In this document: positions 7,663 to 15,100 of the stretch, in pieces
How positions within the stretch are numbered: position 1 is the stretch's first letter
How the letters are laid out: every line of letters starts with the position of its first letter
Position numbers and translations under genes: made by a program
Notes under the pieces: generated by a model
The model's database searches: none
The model's input: only the letters and a program-made list of their open reading frames with translations
What the model was told of the DNA's origin: nothing
Source: Thermoplasmata archaeon
Lineage (GTDB): Archaea > Thermoplasmatota > DTKX01 > DATEUP01
Direction: 5' to 3'
Assembly (NCBI GenBank): GCA_041499475.1
Contig: JBGQKI010000007.1
Coordinates: 30,812 to 94,811 of the forward strand
DNA: 64,000 nt

Positions 7663-9951
7663 TCATCCGCCCGAAAGGGTCCGCACGAGCGCAACTTCAT
7701 CGCCGTTACTCACGGCCGTGCCCGCCTCGCCGGCAAGCACCATGGTGCCGTTCACGCAGAGGTTGATCGTCTCGTCTTCGAGCACCTCGCGCGCCTCCGG
7801 CAGCTTGCGGTCGAGCGCCTGCCGGAGCTCGGCGAGTGTTGAAACCGGTTCGTCGATGACGACCTCGCGCTCCGGCGCGCCCGGCGTGCCGGGCGGGACC
7901 TGGACGCGCACCGCAAATCCGGTGACCGCCTTCGAGAGGCTTGCGTGCCATTCGGCGGAGGGCACGCCCTCCGCGTTCAACCCCGTGACCCGGTAAAACG
8001 CCGACTTGAGCTCGTCGAACTGCGCCCGGTGGATGTGCTCGCCCTTGAAGGGCCCTGCCGTTGCCCCCTCGTCGAACCACCGTTCGGGCAGCGTGTCGTG
8101 CCGCCCGCGCAGGCCGAGCCGCCAGTTGACCATGCGCTCGAGCCCCGTGATGTCCTGGCCAACGCGGTCGAGCTCCTCCGGCGTGAATTCCAGCCCCGTG
8201 ATGTTCCCAAGCTGCGTGGCGAATTCGCCGTAGCCGGCAAGCGAAGGCGAGTTGAACAGTTTGGTGGTGAAACGGCACATCCCCACCGAGTCGCCGACTG
8301 CGTAGGTGTTCTCGCACCTGCGCACCGCGATTTCCTTGCCCTTGTAGCTGTTGGGCTCCCTCGACACCTCGCCCCAGTAGAGCGAGCGCTTGAACGCCGC
8401 ATCGTCGTTCACGCGCGCGTTGATCTCGAGGGTCACGCGGTTGCGCAGGTGGTCCATCCCGCGCGTGGCCACGGCAAGCCCGAGCCCGAAGGCCTTGAGG
8501 ATCCGCGCGTCGTGCGGGTCCGACTGGAAGAGGCCCTTCACCGCCATCCGGTAGCGCAGCGCCTCCTTAGGGTAGTGGCCCTTCTCGACCGCACGGGCCG
8601 AGTCGGCAACGACATTTCCAAAGCCCTCGCGCTTCGCAGTCATGAAGAGGAGCTTCTCGACGAGCCCCGCGTCCCCCCAATTCAGTTTGAGGCCGTGGGT
8701 GTCCTTGTCCGTGATGAGCCCGCGCTGGTACAGCTCCATGGCCCAGGCGATCGATGAGCCCGTCGAGGCGACATCGAGCCCGAGGTCGTTGCAGATGTTG
8801 TTGAGGCGCAGGACGGACTCGACTTTGTCCACGCCGATCATCGGGCCGAATTTGCCAAGGGTAACGTACTCGGGCCCGTCGCCCTTGTCGTAGCGGTCGT
8901 ACACGCCGTCGCCGTTCGCCCCGCGGTAGACCTTCTTCGTCTTGTGGTGAGCAAGGGCAACTTGGGAGGTGTCGTAACTCGCGTTGCCCGCGAGCCCGAC
9001 CTGCGACTCGGCCCCCCACCCGCCCTTCCCCTCGGGCGTCATGTCGTTCAGCGGGCGGCAATTTACCGGGCACTTGAAGCACCCCTCCATCCCCGGCCGG
9101 TACGGGTCGATGTTGTCCGCGTCGAGCGCGTCGGTCCAGGTAGTGAGCTGGTTATTCTTGGCGCCCATCGCGCCAAGCACGCGGGACGGCCGGTAGAGGA
9201 AAGGGGTGCCTGTGGTCTTCAGGGCGTTTTTCACCACGCTCGTGCTCAGCGTGACCTTCGCGATGGTCTGATTGTAGGCCTTGTAGTCGCGGGCACCTGC
9301 AGGTGCCGGGCGCACGCCTCGGATCATGATCGCCTTGAGGTTGAGCGACCCCATCTTCGCGCCCGGGCCCCCGCGCGCCCAGATGGCTTTGGGGCCGCCC
9401 ATGATCCCTGAGCAGAGGACGAGGTTCTCGCCGGCGCTCGTGATCCTGGCGAGCGCCATGTTGCGCGCCTCCTCACAGGCGAAGTCGCGCTCGACCGCGG
9501 CAGTGAAGTCGATGTTGTCCATCCCGCGGTATTTCTGGGCGTCGAGGAACGCGACCTTGTCGTCTTCGATGGTAAGCATGCTAAGGGCGCGCGCGCGGCC
9601 GTACAGCACGATGTGGTCGTACCCGTGGAGTTTCATGTAAGCAGGGAAGTAGTCGCCGCAGTTCGAATCCATGAACGCGTCCGAGTCGGGCGAACGGCTC
9701 GTCGCGTTTCCGCGGGCAAAGGAGGGGCCAAGCCCGGTGATGACCCCCGTCCCGAAGATGAGCGGCACGCCTGGGTCGAGCGCATCGAGGCGCTCGTCGA
9801 GCAGGTTGTAGAGCAGCCACATGTTTCCGCCGCGGCCGGCGAGGAACCGGCGCACCGCCTCGAGGGGCATGTACGCCGTGTGGAGCTCCTGCCGCTCAAG
9901 GTCGACGAAGAGGACTTTCCCTTGCGTGATGTACTGCGGCTGTGGCGGCAT
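7663..9951 (-). CDS. aor: Aldehyde:ferredoxin oxidoreductase (tungstopterin AOR family) with a fused C-terminal MoaD/ThiS-like domain ending in GG
   Basis: The AFOR N-domain (GRGGNMWLLYNLL..., PLIFGTGVITG) and the C-domain are present. The last ~85 aa (FAVRVQVP...TLAELRQAL...NLCVNGTMV...SNGDEVALVRTLSGG) match the MoaD pattern. Confidence 0.9.
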   Translation of the reverse strand: MPPQPQYITQGKVLFVDLERQELHTAYMPLEAVRRFLAGRGGNMWLLYNLLDERLDALDPGVPLIFGTGVITGLGPSFARGNATSRSPDSDAFMDSNCGDYFPAYMKLHGYDHIVLYGRARALSMLTIEDDKVAFLDAQKYRGMDNIDFTAAVERDFACEEARNMALARITSAGENLVLCSGIMGGPKAIWARGGPGAKMGSLNLKAIMIRGVRPAPAGARDYKAYNQTIAKVTLSTSVVKNALKTTGTPFLYRPSRVLGAMGAKNNQLTTWTDALDADNIDPYRPGMEGCFKCPVNCRPLNDMTPEGKGGWGAESQVGLAGNASYDTSQVALAHHKTKKVYRGANGDGVYDRYDKGDGPEYVTLGKFGPMIGVDKVESVLRLNNICNDLGLDVASTGSSIAWAMELYQRGLITDKDTHGLKLNWGDAGLVEKLLFMTAKREGFGNVVADSARAVEKGHYPKEALRYRMAVKGLFQSDPHDARILKAFGLGLAVATRGMDHLRNRVTLEINARVNDDAAFKRSLYWGEVSREPNSYKGKEIAVRRCENTYAVGDSVGMCRFTTKLFNSPSLAGYGEFATQLGNITGLEFTPEELDRVGQDITGLERMVNWRLGLRGRHDTLPERWFDEGATAGPFKGEHIHRAQFDELKSAFYRVTGLNAEGVPSAEWHASLSKAVTGFAVRVQVPPGTPGAPEREVVIDEPVSTLAELRQALDRKLPEAREVLEDETINLCVNGTMVLAGEAGTAVSNGDEVALVRTLSGG

Positions 9952-10068
9952 GCGCGCGCGCAGCGACGCGACGCGCGCTCTGATGTCTTGCGCCCGGGGC
10001 TTCGCTTGGAGAACCTGGATGGCCGCGCCTCAGCACGTCCCGTGCGCCGGTGGAGACAAAAGCATTAT

Positions 10069-10084
10069 CATTGCCATGGCAATG
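10069..10084. promoter_or_regulatory. Perfect 16-bp palindrome CATTGCCATGGCAATG in the aor / HTH-regulator divergent intergenic region
   Basis: Read directly from the sequence. It is embedded in the only A/T-rich patch (AAAAGCATTATCATTGCC...) between the two divergent genes. Confidence 0.45.
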
Positions 10085-10092
10085 GTTTTCCC

Positions 10093-10758
10093 GTGCGCCG
10101 CGCAGACCTGAAGATCCTCACCGCCTCCTGGAAGCGCAACTTCGGCTATTTCGGCCTCTTCGAAGTCGTCGAGTGGGCGCGCGTCCTGCAGAATCTGACG
10201 CTCACGCAACAGCAGTTCGTAGACCTCTGGGAAGTCCGGTTCCGCCCCGGCCGCAGCGCCCTCGACCTCGTCGGCGCCTTCGGCATCGAGTCGGCGTCGC
10301 CCGCCGCCGCCCGAGGGTCGCGCGACCTCGTCGTGGTGCGCGCGCCCTTCCACGGTTTCCTGAAGCGCCTGTACTTCGAGTACGGCGTCTCGTTTGTGCC
10401 CCCCCTTGAGTTCCGGCGCGAGTCGATCCGCGTAACGATCGTGGGGACCGAAGCCGCGATGCGGCGGGCCCTGGCCTACCTGCGTCGGTCGCGCATCGCC
10501 TTCGAGACCCTCTCGGCCGGCGCCTTCCCGGGGCCCGGGAGGGACCCCCTGGCGCTCCTCACCGACAAGCAGCGGAAGGCCCTCGAGTTCGCCTTTGCCC
10601 GCGGCTACTTCGACGTGCCTTGCCGGACCACGTCCAGGCAGCTTGCGCGCGGGCTTGGGATTTCCCACCAGGCGCTGCTCAACACCCTCCACCGGAGCGA
10701 GCGGCGTCTGATCGGCGCGCTCCTTTCCCCCGAACCCTCCAGCGCGTCCTCTAAATAG
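10093..10758 (+). CDS. HTH_10 (bacterio-opsin activator-type) transcriptional regulator
   Basis: The C-terminus LTDKQRKALEFAFARGYFDVPCRTTSRQLARGLGISHQALLNTLHRSERRL matches the family. No ATG is available, so GTG 10093 was chosen because the upstream ORF part is antisense to aor. Confidence 0.7.
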   Translation: MRRADLKILTASWKRNFGYFGLFEVVEWARVLQNLTLTQQQFVDLWEVRFRPGRSALDLVGAFGIESASPAAARGSRDLVVVRAPFHGFLKRLYFEYGVSFVPPLEFRRESIRVTIVGTEAAMRRALAYLRRSRIAFETLSAGAFPGPGRDPLALLTDKQRKALEFAFARGYFDVPCRTTSRQLARGLGISHQALLNTLHRSERRLIGALLSPEPSSASSK

Positions 10759-10895
10759 CGCCCCGCCAATCCGTCGTATGACGCAAGGCTTCGGCCAGGC
10801 ACTCCATGGGAAACGAAGGTCTCCGGCAGGCGCTGCGCCCCTCCCTTCGGCCGCCCGCGCGGGCGGGCCAGTTGGCTATAAGGTTTCGGGGAGGA

Positions 10896-10903
10896 TTTAA
10901 ATA
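10896..10903 (+). promoter_or_regulatory. TATA box candidate (TTTAAATA) upstream of tfb
   Basis: A consensus-like archaeal TATA preceded by a purine-rich BRE-like GGGGAGGA. It lies ~70 nt upstream of ATG 10976. Confidence 0.4.
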
Positions 10904-10975
10904 GGAGACTTCCCTTGAAGGCCTTGCCCGATAAGCCTTTCGAATGTGCTAAATCCAATCACGGAGCGAACCACC

Positions 10976-11920
10976 ATGGCGAACAGTGACAACCCCCCAA
11001 CCGTCGAGGCCGAAAAGAAGGACAAGTGCCAGGAATGCGGGTCCACCCACCTGGAGCGCGACTACCAGCGCGGCGAACTCGTCTGTGCCGACTGCGGCCT
11101 CGTTAACGACGAGGAATACATCGACCAGGGGCCCGAATGGCGCGCCTTCGACGCCGAGCAGGGCCAGAAGCGCGCACGCACCGGCGCCCCCATGACGTAC
11201 ACGATCCATGACAAGGGACTCTCCACGACTATCGGCTGGAAGAACAAGGACTCCTACGGCAAGTCCATCCCGACCAAGAACCGCGCCCAGCTCTACCGCC
11301 TGCGCAAGTGGCAGCGGCGCATCCGCGTCTCCAACGCCACCGAGCGCAACCTCGCTTTCGCGCTCACCCAGCTCGACCGTATGGCCTCGAACATGGGCCT
11401 ACCTCGCAACATCCGCGAGACCGCCGCCATGATCTACCGGCGCGCGGTCCACAAGAACCTCATCCGCGGGCGTTCGATCGACGGCGTCGTGGCCGCTTCG
11501 CTGTACGCCGCCTGCCGCCAGTGCGAAGTCCCGCGCACCCTTGACGAAATCGCCAACGTGTCGCGCGTGGGGCGCAAGGAGATCGGGCGCACCTACCGCT
11601 TCATGATCCGCGAGCTGCGCCTCAAGCTCCTGCCCACGAAGCCCGAGGACTACATCTCGCGGTTCTGCTCGGAGCTGAAGCTCGACGGCACCGTCCAGGC
11701 GAAGGCCGCTGAGATCCTCGCCAAGGCGAGCAAGAACGAACTCACCTCGGGCCGGGGGCCCACGGGCGTGGCCGCCGCCGCGATCTACATCGCCTCGATC
11801 CTTTGCAACTCGAGGCGCACCCAGCGCGAAGTCGCCGACGTGGCCGGCGTGACCGAAGTCACGATACGCAACCGGTACAAGGAGCTCACCGAGAAGCTCC
11901 AGATCGAAGTCGAAATTTAG
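10976..11920 (+). CDS. tfb: Transcription initiation factor TFB (TFIIB)
   Basis: An N-terminal zinc ribbon CQECGS...CADCGLV, a B-reader and two cyclin-like repeats are present ([16 protein letters not shown]..., [16 protein letters not shown]...). Confidence 0.95.
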   Translation: MANSDNPPTVEAEKKDKCQECGSTHLERDYQRGELVCADCGLVNDEEYIDQGPEWRAFDAEQGQKRARTGAPMTYTIHDKGLSTTIGWKNKDSYGKSIPTKNRAQLYRLRKWQRRIRVSNATERNLAFALTQLDRMASNMGLPRNIRETAAMIYRRAVHKNLIRGRSIDGVVAASLYAACRQCEVPRTLDEIANVSRVGRKEIGRTYRFMIRELRLKLLPTKPEDYISRFCSELKLDGTVQAKAAEILAKASKNELTSGRGPTGVAAAAIYIASILCNSRRTQREVADVAGVTEVTIRNRYKELTEKLQIEVEI

Positions 11921-12169
11921 GGCGCGCCCCCCGCGCGCGGCGCGCCGCCCCCTTTCTCCCCACCCTCAGCGGCGCGGTTATTCTGGCCGCCCTCCCCGCA
12001 AACGACGGCCGTAACCGCATCCCACGGCGCCCACTTCCACCGTATTGCGCCTCCACTCGCTCAACTCCATAATGTTCAAATATCGTCCTTAGGGTTAGCG
12101 CGGCGGTAGGGCTCGCGTCGCCAGTACATCTGGAATGATGAGATTCCTGCCCCAAGGAGGGGTCATTTC

Positions 12170-15100
12170 GTGTCGGGCCGTCCGCGGCGCTTGAATTCGC
12201 TCGGTTTGAAGGTCACCGTTTTCGCCATCGGGCTCCTGTGCGTTCCCTTGCCCGCGCCGACCGCTTCGGCATTCAACACCGGCCAAGCGGTCACCCAATT
12301 CTACGAGTGCACCGACCCCAACTGGCAACAGTGCCGGACGGGGAACGTGCTCGACAATGTGAGCGCGGTGCGCTCGGGGATCACGAGCAATGAGGAGTCG
12401 ACTCGGTACGGCTTCAAGTTCCCCGTCCAAGGCGTCGCCTCGAGCATCGACCTCGATGTCCAAGGCGACCACGGCTACCGGACGCGCACGAGCCTCCAGA
12501 ACAACCAGGGCGCATGGAACCAGCCGACAGCCCTCTTCCAAAACACCACATCGCTCTTTGGCCTTCGCACGGACCTGGACACAAGTTCCCCCTTCTTCCC
12601 CAACACCGGCAACAATGCCAACACCTCGTTTACCACGGGCGTGGCCAACTACGATGTCGCTTCGGGCGACTTCAACTCCGACGGGAAGGACGACCTGGCC
12701 GTGCTCGCCGGCAACACCCTCCAGATCCGGCGCTTCTCAGGCGGCAACTGGCTGAACAGCACGAACTATACGCTCTCGACGGGCGTGCCGATGGGCGTGA
12801 AGGCCGTCGACCTCAACCTCGACGGCCGGATGGACGCGGTCGTCCTCACCAACGTCTCGGGGAGCGCCTACTGGTACGCGTATGTGCAAAACCCGTGGGG
12901 CGGGGCCCACCTTGAGGGGCCTGTGTTCATGGTCGGCGGCGGCCTGAGCACGCTGCCATGGGACTTTGATGTCGGCGACCTTACGGGCGACGGGTACCCG
13001 GAAATCGCCACGGTATTGCCCAACCGCACGGTCTACTGGTGGAGCCAGTTCTCCGGAAACAACCTCGACTTCTGGGGCGCGAACAACTATTCGGTCCGGT
13101 TCCAGACCCTCCAGTACGGAAACCGCGCGACGTTCCTCGCGGCGGCTCCCGCGCCGTGCACGAGCTGGGTCGCCCAAGCCAACATCGACAACAACATCTA
13201 CGTCTACTATCAGACGAATCTGACGACGGTCGCGACCCTCACGGCCCACAGCAATTCCGTCAACGGGCTCGCGTGGTCGCCCAACTGCCAGTACCTCGCG
13301 TCGGCCGGGGCGGACAACACCGTGCTCCTTTGGCGCACCTCCAACTGGACCGTCGCGGCGAACCTCACCAACCACACGAACGCGGTGTACGGCCTCGCCT
13401 TTTCGCCCGACAGCGCTAACCTGGCCTCGGGGGGCGCTGACAAGACGATCAAGGTGTGGAACCTCTCCACGATGCCGCCCACTTTGGACTTCGACCTCGC
13501 CGACAATAACGGCACGGTGTTTTCGCTCGCCTACTCCCCGAACGGGACGTACCTTGTTGCCGGCACGGGGAACAGCACGGTGCGCGTGCGTTCGACGGTG
13601 GACTACTCGCTCGTGGCAAACCTCACCGGGCACTCCCTTGCAATCCACAGCGTCGCGTTTTCGCCGGACGGCCTCACGCTCGCTTCCGGCTCGGACGACG
13701 ACAAGATGCTCGTCTGGGACATGGTCAACCTCACCAAGACGCTCGAGCGCACGCAGGCGGGCGCCGATGTCTACCGCGTGGTCTTCTCCCCCAACGGCAC
13801 GCGCCTGCTCGCTGCCAGCCTCGACAGCCACATCCGCATCTACCGGACGAGCGACTACGCGCTCACCGACGACGTCGTCGAAGGCAGTTTCTTCGTCTAC
13901 GCCGCCGACTTCGAGCGTACCGGCCAGTTCTTCTTCACCGGCAGCACCGCGAATTATGTCCGCCTCTGGGACAAGTCCGTACTCACGAGCATCGGACGCG
14001 TCCAGACGGGCCAGGAGTTTTCCATCCTCTCGGTGGCCTACGCGCCCGACTCGCGGCTGGCGGCCGGCGCTGAAGACGGCACCGTGCTCGTCCGCTGGGG
14101 CGACAACGGCACGCTCATCAAGCAAATCCGGGCCCACAACGGCACCGTCAACCGTGTGGCCTGGTCGCCCGACGGCAGCCTGCTCGCTTCGAGCGGTTCC
14201 GACGGCGTCGTGCACGTCTGGAACAGCTCGACCTGGGCCTACGCCGCGAACCTCACAATCCTTGGCAATGTGACCAGCCTCGACTTCTCCGACGCGGGCA
14301 ACCGCCTAGCGGCCGCAAGCTCGACGGGCGCGATCGCGGTCTGGTCGGCGTCCGGCTTCTCCGTGGTCGCAAACCTCACGGCACCCTCGGCGGTCAACTC
14401 GCTTGCCTTCGACCCCGCCGGCGGCCAGCTCGTTTCGGCGGGCAGCGATGCCGTCGTCCACGTCTGGAACATCGCGTCGGCATGGAACTTCCAGAACCTC
14501 ACCGGCCCCACGGCCGGGCTCAAGGCCGTCGACTGGTCGCCGGACGGCTCGCAGGTGGCCGCCGCCGGGCTGGACCGGCGCACGCGCAGCTGGTGGACGA
14601 GCAACTGGACGCTCAATTCCAATGTGGCACCGCACACCGGCGACATCTGGGCGCTCGCCTTTGCGCCGGACTCCTCGCGCTTCGCGACGGGCGGCCTCGA
14701 CGGCCGCCTCTACACCTACGGGCGCAACGGCGCTGTCCTCCAGTCCTACTCGGTGGCTCCGGCGGGGTCAAGCCTCCTCTTGTCCATCGCATGGACGCCG
14801 GACTCGACGCGCATTGCCGCCGGGTGGCAGGACAACCGGTTCGCCTCCCTCACTTTCCAGGGCTGCCCCGTAAACGTATGTATCGCCAGCGAACAGGCGT
14901 ACGGGATCGCGATCGGCCAGGCGGACAACACGGCCGGCAACGACCTCGTCGTGGTGGGCGCCTACCACACGACCTGGCAGCCCGACTCGGGCGTCTGGCG
15001 CCTGGGCTTCTCGGGAGGCGTCCCCTACGCCTGGTCGAACATCACCTGGAACGCGCCATCTCCGGTGAACGCCGTCCCCGACGGCTACCGCATCGCGCTT

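Noticed and set aside
9613-10092. N-terminal 160 codons of the 381-aa ORF that ends in the HTH_10 domain
   Set aside because: This part is antisense to the aor 5' region and is Arg/Glu/Val-rich. The HTH_10 family proteins I recall are roughly the size of the trimmed 221-aa gene (from memory), so the gene was trimmed to GTG 10093.
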